Origin: Methylococcaceae bacterium TMED69 | Lineage (GTDB): Bacteria > Pseudomonadota > Gammaproteobacteria > Ga0077536 | Length of the DNA stretch: 64,000 nucleotides | Reading direction: 5' to 3' | NCBI GenBank assembly: GCA_002170535.1 | Contig: NHDW01000001.1 | Coordinates: 59,899 to 123,898 of the forward strand | Shown: positions 55,415 to 64,000 of the stretch, piece by piece | Layout of the letters: each line of letters begins with the position of its first letter | Numbering within the stretch: the stretch's first letter is position 1 | Notes under the pieces: generated by a model | Seen by the model: only the letters and a program-made list of their open reading frames with translations | What the model was told of the DNA's origin: nothing | Databases searched by the model: none | Position numbers and translations under genes: made by a program

Positions 55415-55547
55415 GTTTGCTTTTTTGATACTATAAAATCTATAGCTTACATAAATTAAATAATATCAACAATATAAAATTTTTTGCTTAAAATGTAGCC
55501 ATAATTTTATTTAAATAAATCTTCACGCTGTTTATAGGGGCAAGCAT

Positions 55548-56174
55548 ATGAAAAGAGTACTATACATCGAATCTTCTCCACGAAAAGCTAGGTCTCATTC
55601 TATAGAGGTAGCCAGAGAGTTTTTAAAAGAGTATGAAAGGCTCAATCCAGAAGACGTAATAGACACATTGGATTTATGGTCTATGACTTTACCTCCTTTT
55701 AGTGGCGAGGTAATCGATACTAAATACCGTATAATGCATGGAGAAAAAGTTAGCCAGGGGAAGAAATCAGAGTGGAACAAAATTGTAGAACTATTTGATC
55801 AATTTAATTCTGCGGATAAATATGTATTTTCAGTTCCAATGTGGAACTTTGGTATACCATATAGATTAAAGCATTATATTGATTTGATAACTCAGCCAAG
55901 CCTTGCCTGGTCTTTTACACCAGATGAGGGATATAGAGGTTTGGTAGTTGGCAAAGTAGTAATTTTGTATTCTTCTGGCGGTGATTATACTGAGGCTAAT
56001 GGATTGGGTGAATTAGATCATCAGAAAAAGCCCTTTGAGAATTGGTTGGGTTTTATCGGATTAGGAGATTTTAAAATAATTAATGTTTCGCCAACCTTAG
56101 GTGCGCCCGAGGCAGTCAAACAGATAGTCGAATGTGCTAAGACAAATGCAATAGATACAGCGCAACACTTTTGA
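55548..56174 (+). CDS. azoR: FMN-dependent NADH-azoreductase
   Basis: Colinear with E. coli AzoR. Matching segments: VLYIESSPR, PMWNFGIPYRLKHYIDLI (compare PMYNFNISTQLKNYFDLV) and LGFIGLGDFKII. Confidence 0.8.
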   Translation: MKRVLYIESSPRKARSHSIEVAREFLKEYERLNPEDVIDTLDLWSMTLPPFSGEVIDTKYRIMHGEKVSQGKKSEWNKIVELFDQFNSADKYVFSVPMWNFGIPYRLKHYIDLITQPSLAWSFTPDEGYRGLVVGKVVILYSSGGDYTEANGLGELDHQKKPFENWLGFIGLGDFKIINVSPTLGAPEAVKQIVECAKTNAIDTAQHF

Positions 56175-56884
56175 TAACGTTGAAAAGAATTACACTTGTT
56201 ATTTTGGTCGTTTATGTAGCTATTTTAACTTTGTCTACGATTTTTAATTTCGAAATATTTTTCCCGCCGTCCGATGTGTTTTTTGAATATCGTAAAATCT
56301 TTGATTCAGAAATATCAAAAGAACCAATAAAGTACGGAATTGCCGCATTTATTTTATATTTAATTTCGTGCGTATTGTGTCTACCTATTTTGACTTTTTT
56401 AGTGATAGGTAATGGATTTTTCTTTGGTATGAGTTGGGGAGCTTTGATTTCATCTTTTGGAGCAACGCTAGGAGCTTTGATAACGTTTGTAATTTCTAGG
56501 CATTTGTTTCAAGATCATTTAGCTAGAAAGCTTGAAAACACATTTGACCGGGTTAATAAAGAATTTTGTAAATATGGCGTTTTATATATTTTATCACTTA
56601 GGCTAATACCTGTAATACCTTATCAGCTTATAAATATTCTTTTTGGTTTAACAAAGGTTAGTCCGGTGACCTTTTGTTGGAGCAGTCAACTAGGTATGTT
56701 GCCCATACAACTGATTTTAGTTAATGCAGGTGTGCAAATGTCCGAATTGAATAAACTCGATGAAATTTTTTCACCTAAGGCGGTTATCTCATTAATACTA
56801 CTAGCGTCTATTCCAATCTGCATAAGAGTTTTGAATAAAATAGAAACAAAAAGGGCCATGGTAAAAGATGAAGAAAAGTATTGA
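56171..56884 (+). CDS. TVP38/TMEM64 (DedA-superfamily) membrane protein
   Basis: 237 aa and multi-TM. Has a conserved RLIPVIPYQLINILFGLTKV motif. Confidence 0.6.
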   Translation: MITLKRITLVILVVYVAILTLSTIFNFEIFFPPSDVFFEYRKIFDSEISKEPIKYGIAAFILYLISCVLCLPILTFLVIGNGFFFGMSWGALISSFGATLGALITFVISRHLFQDHLARKLENTFDRVNKEFCKYGVLYILSLRLIPVIPYQLINILFGLTKVSPVTFCWSSQLGMLPIQLILVNAGVQMSELNKLDEIFSPKAVISLILLASIPICIRVLNKIETKRAMVKDEEKY

Positions 56885-56892
56885 TTATTAAT

Positions 56893-56922
56893 AAAAAAAG
56901 GGAGGCTTAGCCTCCCTTTCTC
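56893..56922. terminator. bidirectional rho-independent terminator between convergent genes
   Basis: Reads aaaaaaa-gggaggc-tta-gcctccc-tttctc: a perfect 7-bp stem with an A-run on one side and a T-run on the other. It lies between the stop of 56171..56884 (+) and the stop of 56937..57137 (-). Confidence 0.75.
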
Positions 56923-56936
56923 TAACGATCGCGATA

Positions 56937-57137
56937 TTATCGCATCTGACCGTCTTTCTCGGTACCCCCAAACCATTTCGCACCTCTGTAAACTCCAGAT
57001 GTCTGTTGTTGGTCAGACTGCTGCTGAGCTTGGTGTTTTACTCCCCTGTAAACGTAACCGTTTACGGGTTTGTCTGCACTCTGGTTTTGCTGAGCATTCT
57101 GGTTTACTTTAGCGCCTCTATAATAGTTATCCGTCAT
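56937..57137 (-). CDS. small basic Q/N-rich repeat protein (YRGAK three times)
   Basis: 66 aa with three spaced repeats of YRG[AV]K. A GGAGG Shine-Dalgarno sequence lies 7 nt upstream of the ATG. It is followed by the bidirectional terminator. Confidence 0.55.
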   Translation of the reverse strand: MTDNYYRGAKVNQNAQQNQSADKPVNGYVYRGVKHQAQQQSDQQQTSGVYRGAKWFGGTEKDGQMR

Positions 57138-57447
57138 ATCATTCCTCCAGTTTTCGTTTTGAGTTAGTACGGTTAATACTCAACGCGTAAAAATAGATCG
57201 GAATTTGACACTAGGTTTATGAATGATTTTATAGACAGTCTACCTAGAAATCGCCTTGACCGACATTTTTTACGTGTCGTTCTAAACGCGTTCCTTCGGT
57301 AGATATCTCAATTGATCCCGTTAGGGATACTGACTTCCCTTACCACAAGGGAACCTTGATTATCCTCCTACTTCCGTTTTGCGAATCACCACAAAATGAA
57401 CGTTTTTATATTTAATCAAAAAAAAAAGGGAAAAACAAGTGTTTTTT

Positions 57448-57960
57448 TTAAGAATGGCGGTATCTTCGATGCCATTCAAAACCTTGCCAAGTTGTAAGCT
57501 CTCGGGGCTTTATTTTGAACGTAGTACATGGCTCGGAATTAACGGATTTTCTATATTCATTGGCTTTTTCGCCAAGATAACGTGGTCCTGTATGATTTTC
57601 ACCTATTTGATTCCACACTGATTTCTGCCCATTTTCTAGAAAAGGTCCAACCCCTTTTTCGATGATTTCAGCTTCACCGTCGCAAATTACTTTTCTGATT
57701 GGCGGTACCGGCTCGTCAATCACTAAAGACACTCTTGGATCATCTTCTAGGAATTCAGCCCATCGAGATTTTTTCCTTCCGACTATCCAAAAATCAGAAC
57801 CATCCCAGTGGTACCAAACTGGAACAACAAAAGGCGAACCATCGGACTTTATACAGGCTAGTCTAGCGATCCAAGGTTCTGATAAAAATTCATCTATCTC
57901 TTGTTTAGACATTCTTCCAATTTTATCGCCTCGCCAGGAAGTGTTATTATTTTTTGTCAT
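57448..57960 (-). CDS. pyridoxamine 5'-phosphate oxidase-like FMN-binding split-barrel protein
   Basis: Motif ARLACIKSDGSPFVVPVWYHWDG, typical of the PNPOx-like family. 170 aa. Confidence 0.6.
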   Translation of the reverse strand: MTKNNNTSWRGDKIGRMSKQEIDEFLSEPWIARLACIKSDGSPFVVPVWYHWDGSDFWIVGRKKSRWAEFLEDDPRVSLVIDEPVPPIRKVICDGEAEIIEKGVGPFLENGQKSVWNQIGENHTGPRYLGEKANEYRKSVNSEPCTTFKIKPRELTTWQGFEWHRRYRHS

Positions 57961-59430
57961 TTAAAATACCTCAAAATATTCCCGGTGTTCCCAGTCGGTC
58001 ACGTAGGATTCAAATCTTTGGATCTCACTAGATTTTAGTTGTATAAAGTAATTTATAAACTGTTTAGTAAATTTTTGTTTAAATAATTCATTCCTTTCCA
58101 AAGCTTCAAGCGATTCATTTAGATTGCGGGGTAGCAATGTGTTTTCGGATTGATAAGGCTTACTATCAGGTTTCCCCGGGTTAGTTTCGTTTTTGATTCC
58201 GTCTAATCCAGCAGCTAGTTGAGATGCCATATATAAATATGGATTTGCACATGGCTCGCCCGCTCTATTTTCAATATGTGTTCCTGGATCATTAGGCCCT
58301 CCTAAAACCCTAATAAGTGCTCCTCTATGTTCAGAAGCCCAATTTATATAATTAGGCGCGAATGAATTAGGAGCATATCGCTTATACCCATTGATAGTGG
58401 GTGTCGAAAAAGCTGTTGCCGCACTCGTATGCTCTAAGATGCCTCCCATAAAATTCATTCCGATATCAGAAAGAGGGGCTTTAGATTTTGAATAATTAAC
58501 GAAAAGATTATTTTTTCTAGATTCGTCAAAAATGGATTGATGGAGGTGCCATCCGGATGAAAAAAAGTTCGGAAGTCCCGGTCTAGTCATAAAACTTGCA
58601 TGCAACTCGTTTCGTCTACAAATCTGTTTTACAGCCGTGCGAAATAATAGAAGATTGTCAGCTGCCTGAAGGCCATCCCGCGGGTCAAATGTAAACTCAC
58701 ATTGACCTGGACCCCATTCATCTTCAATAGTTCTTAAAGGTAGTCCGAGTTCCTCGATATTTTGCTGTAGTATGTCTAAGATAGGAGCGATTTCATCTTG
58801 TCTATCTTCCGTTAAATATTGAAATCCGTGGGCTATCATATTGACTTTCGGTGGCTCGGGAGGCCAGCCGGATTGCTCGGGCTGCAACATTTTGTCTATC
58901 AGTTTCGTTATGTAAAATTCGATCTCGATCCCAACAACGTACGTCCATTGTTTAGTTTTAAGTTCTTTCAATATTCGCTTAAGTATATTTCGTGTATCAA
59001 ATGGACATGGCTTGCCTGATTGGAAATGCATGTCTGATAATATCCAACCTGTTTTATGAGCCCACGGTAGGATTCTAAAGCTTGTAGGGTCAGGTACTAA
59101 AATGGCATCAGGTCCCCCAGAAAGTTCGGGCATTCCGATACCTGCATCTGGCTCAAACATCGGCGCAAACATATTATTTGTAGTATCAAAGAACAAAGTG
59201 GCGGTCTGAAAATCGATGCCGTTATCCAAAGACTGTATAAAGTCTTTTGCCATAACATTCTTTCCTCTGACTATACCGTGCTGGTCTCCCCAAGCGATTC
59301 TAATCGTTTGAAGATTATCTTTTTTTACTTGCTCAATTATTTCAAGACTTAAACGCTTCATGTCTTGACTCCAAAGCCCGTGCTCCTCGATAAAATTGGT
59401 TTTTCCAACACTACCCTTGTCTAGTGACAT
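57961..59430 (-). CDS. glutamine synthetase-family enzyme (gamma-glutamyl-amine synthetase, PuuA/GlnA3-like)
   Basis: 489 aa. Has a GS catalytic-domain pattern (GIEIEFY, NxS..A.TAF, the Glu/Arg ATP site). AGGAGG ribosome-binding site. Confidence 0.7.
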   Translation of the reverse strand: MSLDKGSVGKTNFIEEHGLWSQDMKRLSLEIIEQVKKDNLQTIRIAWGDQHGIVRGKNVMAKDFIQSLDNGIDFQTATLFFDTTNNMFAPMFEPDAGIGMPELSGGPDAILVPDPTSFRILPWAHKTGWILSDMHFQSGKPCPFDTRNILKRILKELKTKQWTYVVGIEIEFYITKLIDKMLQPEQSGWPPEPPKVNMIAHGFQYLTEDRQDEIAPILDILQQNIEELGLPLRTIEDEWGPGQCEFTFDPRDGLQAADNLLLFRTAVKQICRRNELHASFMTRPGLPNFFSSGWHLHQSIFDESRKNNLFVNYSKSKAPLSDIGMNFMGGILEHTSAATAFSTPTINGYKRYAPNSFAPNYINWASEHRGALIRVLGGPNDPGTHIENRAGEPCANPYLYMASQLAAGLDGIKNETNPGKPDSKPYQSENTLLPRNLNESLEALERNELFKQKFTKQFINYFIQLKSSEIQRFESYVTDWEHREYFEVF

Positions 59431-59637
59431 TGTGCTCCTCCTAATTAAAAAGGCTCTGAGTCAACACTCTATCACTAAATTCTAAGATAAAGATATATTA
59501 ATCCTGATATGTTTTTTTCAAATGTTCTCTTAGAAAGCAATTTTTCCAAGCAGGTTTAGTGAGATATTTCTTTTATTATATGGCCATTCATTCTTTGATA
59601 AATGGACAAGCTGATTTCAAGAATTGTTGGCTTGTAG

Positions 59638-60465
59638 TCAGTTTTTTTGTTGATTCCAAATAACAGGAAAGAAGCTATCTTCCAGTTCATTGGAATCGTT
59701 TAATTTGTATTTGCGATACAGTTTACCAGTACCGCCGCAATTGGTTTCATGGAACTTAGCTGCCTCGGGCACACAGTGGGATACCAAAGCCCTTCTTTCA
59801 TTTTTGGTGTTGTTGGATTCAGAACCATGCCAAAGAAATCCATGATGGAAGGACGCGCCCCCAGCTGGTACTAAGACTTTAGCGAGTTTAATCGTTCTTC
59901 CTAGTTGTTTCGCATGATTCTGCAGATAAATTTTATGATTATTTTCATTGATAAAGCTATTCGGTGGTTTTGCTAGCCCCCAATTATGCGAGCCAACAGC
60001 AAATTCCAAAGTCCCAGAGTCAATAAAAGTATCGTCTAAAGCAATCCAACAAGTAGCCATTGTCTGAGGGATGATCCAGTCATCATAAGAAGCATCTTGA
60101 TGGAATGTTACAGCTCCAGCACCAGGTGGTTTCCACAAGACATTGTCTTGAATTAATCTCGTTCCCTTCCATCCCATTAATTGAGAAATAATTCGTCCAA
60201 TCGATTTATTGCAAACTGTTTCTCTAATCAAATTATCAGATTTCCATGCGTTGCATATTTGTCTAGTGTGTCTTGGATTATCTCTTCCGTATCTCCAATT
60301 CCATTCGTCGGGTTCGATACCTGTTTCGAAATTTCCACGAAAAAGCGGCTCGATTTTAGTTTTTAAAGCTTGGAGAATTTCATCTGGTAGGAATTTCTCT
60401 AGTATCAAAAAACCACTTTCTTGAAACTTGGCGATCTGCTCTTTATTTAGCTGATTTATAATCAA
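59638..60465 (-). CDS. phytanoyl-CoA dioxygenase (PhyH)-family Fe(II)/2OG oxygenase
   Basis: H-x-D facial-triad motif (FHQDASYD), a distal His (GSHNW) and an Arg for 2OG. 275 aa. Confidence 0.65.
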   Translation of the reverse strand: MIINQLNKEQIAKFQESGFLILEKFLPDEILQALKTKIEPLFRGNFETGIEPDEWNWRYGRDNPRHTRQICNAWKSDNLIRETVCNKSIGRIISQLMGWKGTRLIQDNVLWKPPGAGAVTFHQDASYDDWIIPQTMATCWIALDDTFIDSGTLEFAVGSHNWGLAKPPNSFINENNHKIYLQNHAKQLGRTIKLAKVLVPAGGASFHHGFLWHGSESNNTKNERRALVSHCVPEAAKFHETNCGGTGKLYRKYKLNDSNELEDSFFPVIWNQQKN

Positions 60466-60611
60466 AATTCCACCTTTATAGTATTATCTACCATCTGTAT
60501 AATATCAGTTTTAAAAAAAGTCTTAATAGTAGATGGCTAAAATTAAGATATCACTGACTGGCAGTTTATTTTGTTTGAAATAAGATTCCTTAAGCTTAAA
60601 GGGTAGCATCT

Positions 60612-61790
60612 ATGCGAGTTTCAAAAAGAGTTATGAGCCTCGGTACAGAATCTGCCTTTGAGGTGCTGGCACAGGTGGAACAATTGGAGAAACAAGGCAG
60701 GAATGTTATCAATCTTAGCATTGGACAACCTGATTTTAAGACTTCTGAAAATATTGTTGAGGCTGCCGTGAAGGCTCTGAGAGATGGCATGCATGGATAT
60801 ACCCCAGCTCCAGGTATCGAAGCGTTGAGAGAAGCGGTTTCTCAAAAATATTCATCAGATCATGAAATATCACTAGATCCAAACAATGTACTAATAACAC
60901 CTGGAGGTAAGCCGGTTATATTTTTTGCCGTTCTAATGTTTGGAGATGATGATGGCGAAATTTTGTATCCTGATCCTGGATTCCCAATTTACGAGTCGGT
61001 TATTAATTTTTCAGGAGCACGAGCAGTTCCTTATGCTCTCTCGGAGAAAAAAGACTTTTCGATTACAGCCGACGCAATTTTAAATAGGATAACACCGAAA
61101 ACAAAGCTTTTGATTCTAAATTCTCCACATAATCCGACTGGTTCTGTGTCAAGCAAAAAAGAAATTGAAAAATTGATAGCTGGGTTGCTCCATTATCCAA
61201 ATATAGGAATTTTAAGTGATGAGATTTATTCTAAAATATATTTTGATAATTTAATGCCTAATTCTATGATTCAATTTCCAGAAATCAGAGAAAGAACCAT
61301 TATATTAGACGGTTGGAGTAAGAGTTATGCAATGACAGGCTGGCGCCTAGGCTATTCTATTTGGCCTAAAAACTTAATAGAGAAGGCAATAAGATTTGCT
61401 ATCAATAATCACTCTTGTGTAAACGGATTTGTTCAAATGGCAGGAGTAGAGGCCTTAAACGGCTCGCAAGACGATCTGAAAAACATGATTACGATTTTTC
61501 GAAAACGAAGGGACGTGATAGTAAGCGGATTGAACTCCATCAGAAATATCTCATGTGTTAATCCAAAAGGCGCCTTTTACGTCTTTCCAAATATTAAAGA
61601 GACTGGCAAAAATTCTTTGACTTTGCAAAATGATTTGCTCAATCAAGAAGGTGTTGCTTTGCTTGCTGGCTCGAGTTTCGGTTCCAATGGGGAAGGTTAT
61701 CTTAGACTTTCCTATGCAAATTCTATGGAAAACATAGAAATCGCGTTAGACCGAATGAAAAATTATTTCGAGAACCCCCCTAAAAAATAA
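60612..61790 (+). CDS. PLP-dependent aminotransferase, class I (aspartate/aromatic aminotransferase-like)
   Basis: LSIGQPDF, NSPHNPTG, and the PLP-lysine motif GWSKSYAMTGWRLGY. Confidence 0.85.
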   Translation: MRVSKRVMSLGTESAFEVLAQVEQLEKQGRNVINLSIGQPDFKTSENIVEAAVKALRDGMHGYTPAPGIEALREAVSQKYSSDHEISLDPNNVLITPGGKPVIFFAVLMFGDDDGEILYPDPGFPIYESVINFSGARAVPYALSEKKDFSITADAILNRITPKTKLLILNSPHNPTGSVSSKKEIEKLIAGLLHYPNIGILSDEIYSKIYFDNLMPNSMIQFPEIRERTIILDGWSKSYAMTGWRLGYSIWPKNLIEKAIRFAINNHSCVNGFVQMAGVEALNGSQDDLKNMITIFRKRRDVIVSGLNSIRNISCVNPKGAFYVFPNIKETGKNSLTLQNDLLNQEGVALLAGSSFGSNGEGYLRLSYANSMENIEIALDRMKNYFENPPKK

Positions 61791-61832
61791 GCTGCTTAGT
61801 AAACCTTAACTTTTCACGTTTAGCTGAAGTTA

Positions 61833-62990
61833 TCATTTTTGATTGGGCAAAAATCCCCACGTCATAGCGAATAGAATAATTGCAAAGAAACCAGAAATAA
61901 AAAAAGGTGTTATGACATCAAAAAACTCAAGAATTAAGCCCGACCATATAAATGATAGAACTGAACCTAGCCCCATAATCATTCCGAGCAACGTCTGAGC
62001 TGTTGAACGTAGATTTTTTGACAACTCGTTTTCAACGTACATTTGCATACCTATAAATAAACCTACAACTACTATCCCATGAAACAGTTGAAAAAAGAAA
62101 ATCCAGAATAAATCTGAAATAATTATAGTGGCTAGCCATCTTAAGCCGTCGCATAAAATTCCAATTAGAATAAAGTTTTTCGCCCCGAATTTTCTCAGAA
62201 ATATGCTTGCATAAAATATTAATGGGATTTCTAAAACAAGCATTGGAATCCAAAGGAAACCGATTTGCTGAATATTCCCACCCATTTCGATGACCAGTAA
62301 GGGAAAAAGTGATATTGGGCTTGATAACAACATAAAAGTAAAAAAAGAAACGATTAATAGCCTTTTATAGGAACTGCTTTTCATTAAAATACTAATGTCT
62401 TTAGGGTTTGATTTTATCGTGCTTTCACCATCTTGGTCTTTCACTCTAAATAAGGGGAGGCAGGCAATTAGGCACATGATGGAAGCTAGTGGAAATATTG
62501 ATCTTAGGCTACCCGAAATTTCATTGAGGTTTGAACCCTCTATAAATGTCAATCCAAGAGGAATCAGGATCACAGAGCTTAAGTAGCCAATAGTACCCCA
62601 TACCCTTATTTTTCCAAAGTTGATTGAATTCATTTTGCCTAGAATTCCGAAGGTGAGAGACGTAGCCATTGGCATTACTGGTGACGTGAAAACTGACAAG
62701 AACGCCAAAGCTAAGATTAGGACTATAAGTTGATCAATGTTTTGAACAAACATGTAGCCCATGGAACTACCTATAGTCATAATTATTAAAATTTCTTTCC
62801 GATAGCCTGTCGTGTCGGCAACAAAACCCCAAAAAGGTGAGGCTAGTATTCCGAAAAGAGGACCGATGGCCAGTATAATTCCAAGTGTGAGTCCATCAAG
62901 GCCCAGAAAGGTTTTAAAGTAAAGGCTAAAAAAAGGAAAAATTGCGCCTAACGCGGCCATATAGAAAAACCAAAAAATGCTTATCGTCAA
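61833..62990 (-). CDS. MFS transporter
   Basis: 385 aa with about 12 TM segments and MFS-like loop motifs. Confidence 0.75.
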   Translation of the reverse strand: MTISIFWFFYMAALGAIFPFFSLYFKTFLGLDGLTLGIILAIGPLFGILASPFWGFVADTTGYRKEILIIMTIGSSMGYMFVQNIDQLIVLILALAFLSVFTSPVMPMATSLTFGILGKMNSINFGKIRVWGTIGYLSSVILIPLGLTFIEGSNLNEISGSLRSIFPLASIMCLIACLPLFRVKDQDGESTIKSNPKDISILMKSSSYKRLLIVSFFTFMLLSSPISLFPLLVIEMGGNIQQIGFLWIPMLVLEIPLIFYASIFLRKFGAKNFILIGILCDGLRWLATIIISDLFWIFFFQLFHGIVVVGLFIGMQMYVENELSKNLRSTAQTLLGMIMGLGSVLSFIWSGLILEFFDVITPFFISGFFAIILFAMTWGFLPNQK

Positions 62991-63257
62991 TTTTTTGTTT
63001 CTAATTGTAATGTACCTTATTGCAGATTAAATTTGAAAAAGTTTAGTCTTTGTTGGACCTCATAAAAATTTCTTAATCTAATTTTTAATATTAAAATTTA
63101 GATGCCGCAGCTAACATTAGTATAAAATAAAATCGAAAATAAATTAAAAAAATTATTTAGACAGGTTATCATACCAAGACGGAGAGGTTTTATAAAAATA
63201 ACGTGGTTCCCTAGTAAGCGCAAAAGTAAATAAAAATTTAATTTTAGGTAGTCGATT

Positions 63258-64000
63258 ATGGTCAACACCGTGCAGCCTGTAATTCTTTGTGGTGGTGCCG
63301 GTTCTAGATTATGGCCATTATCTAGAACCGGTTATCCAAAACAATTCCTATGCTTGAATCAGAAGTCCAGTCTATTCCAATTAACTGTTCAGCGATTAAC
63401 AAATCTCGGTCCTTACAACCAGCCATCAAATAATCCTCTCATAGTAACCAACGAAGAACATAGATTTTTGGTTTCAGAACAACTAAGAGAGATTGATGTT
63501 CAACCAGGGAAAATAATACTAGAGCCTGAAGGAAAAAATACGGCCCCAGCTCTAACTTTAGCTGCCCTTAGTTCTCGTGCAGAAGATGATCCAATTTTGA
63601 TTGTATCTTCCGCAGATCAAACGATTCAATTGCTAGATAATTTTGAAAAATCAATCACCCAAGCCGTTGAGTTAGCAACGGAAGACAGTATTGTTATTTT
63701 AGGAGTGCCTCCAGAATCGCCTGAGACTGGATATGGTTACATTAATGTCGGGGAAAGGCCAAAGAGAAATCAACCTTATTTTAACGTAGAAAGCTTTATG
63801 GAGAAACCAAATAGTGAAGTTGCTAAAAACTACATTGAAGCGGGCACCTACTTTTGGAATGCCGGGATGTTTATATTAAAAAGTTCCGTATGGTTAAAGG
63901 CAATTAAAAGATTTTCACCAACCATTGCAGAGACTTGCATAAAAGCTTGGGTAAAAAAAGAAGATGATGATAATTTTGTGCGGCCAAACATAGAACAATT
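63258..64000 (+). CDS. manC: mannose-1-phosphate guanylyltransferase (ManC/CpsB-like), 5' partial that runs off the right window edge
   Basis: N-terminal VILCGGAGSRLWPLSRTGYPKQFL nucleotidyltransferase motif. The ORF is open to position 64000. It is absent from the ORF track because it is incomplete. Confidence 0.7.
   Translation, partial: MVNTVQPVILCGGAGSRLWPLSRTGYPKQFLCLNQKSSLFQLTVQRLTNLGPYNQPSNNPLIVTNEEHRFLVSEQLREIDVQPGKIILEPEGKNTAPALTLAALSSRAEDDPILIVSSADQTIQLLDNFEKSITQAVELATEDSIVILGVPPESPETGYGYINVGERPKRNQPYFNVESFMEKPNSEVAKNYIEAGTYFWNAGMFILKSSVWLKAIKRFSPTIAETCIKAWVKKEDDDNFVRPNIEQ

Noticed and set aside
57425-57447. An aaaaaca-ag-tgttttt hairpin at the distal end of the long leader, as a possible terminator.
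   Set aside because: It is an AT-only stem with a 2-nt loop, which is thermodynamically negligible. It is likely just an A/T-rich spacer.
59560-59600. A ccatt...aatgg inverted repeat downstream of the PhyH gene, as a terminator.
   Set aside because: It is a 5-bp AT-rich stem with a 12-nt loop and no flanking T-run. It is not convincing.
1-64000. Scan for tRNA, rRNA, CRISPR arrays, transposases and integrases.
   Set aside because: No T-psi-C-loop-like GGTTCGAATCC-type motifs appear in intergenic regions. There are no 16S or 23S-like stretches and no regularly spaced direct repeats. No ORF has DDE, serine or tyrosine recombinase signatures. Every intergenic region longer than 100 bp was inspected by eye.

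Overview
This 64-kb window is a gene-dense, AT-rich stretch of bacterial chromosome (GC roughly in the mid-30s percent by eye) with about 66 protein-coding genes on both strands. I found no rRNA, tRNA, CRISPR array, transposase or integrase.

Gene content points to a marine heterotrophic proteobacterium: a TonB-dependent receptor, an FbpABC-type ferric-iron ABC transporter, a PCu(A)C copper chaperone, MFS transporters, and many flavin-, Fe-S- and glutathione-dependent redox enzymes. This is inference from content, not a sequence search.

Most of the window is ordinary metabolic and housekeeping content. That includes a stand-alone pyruvate dehydrogenase E1 gene, an Lrp/AsnC regulator, Nei glycosylase, AlkB, alanine dehydrogenase and SDRs. 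The window's left edge cuts a minus-strand ORF and its right edge cuts a manC-like gene.

The candidates for something new, in order of interest:
1. A roughly 14-kb catabolic island at 35.8-49.8 kb. It holds a family III CoA-transferase, a GFA-family protein, alanine dehydrogenase, an FAD monooxygenase and a type I Baeyer-Villiger monooxygenase with an intact FxGxxxHxxxW(P) fingerprint. These are followed by a split hydantoinase/oxoprolinase pair, with a translationally coupled 70-aa zinc-ribbon ORF wedged between the A and B subunits. A PsiE-like membrane protein and a 1210-aa fused eukaryote-type 5-oxoprolinase-like protein complete it.
2. A four-gene redox cluster at 50.5-54.4 kb: an FrhB-like flavo-Fe-S protein with an N-terminal 2x[4Fe-4S] domain and an unusual low-complexity C-terminal tail, a rubredoxin-less rubrerythrin, a CCG-domain HdrD/GlpC-like Fe-S protein, and a DUF3501 protein.
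3. A gene pair of 136 aa and 785 aa at 22.1-24.9 kb. Its size and order resemble the small and large subunits of N,N-dimethylformamidase.
4. A 66-aa repeat protein (YRGAK three times) with a strong ribosome-binding site and a roughly 300-nt untranslated leader.

Several hairpins, terminators and palindromes are listed as features. All functional calls rest on motif and architecture recognition by eye; no database search was possible.
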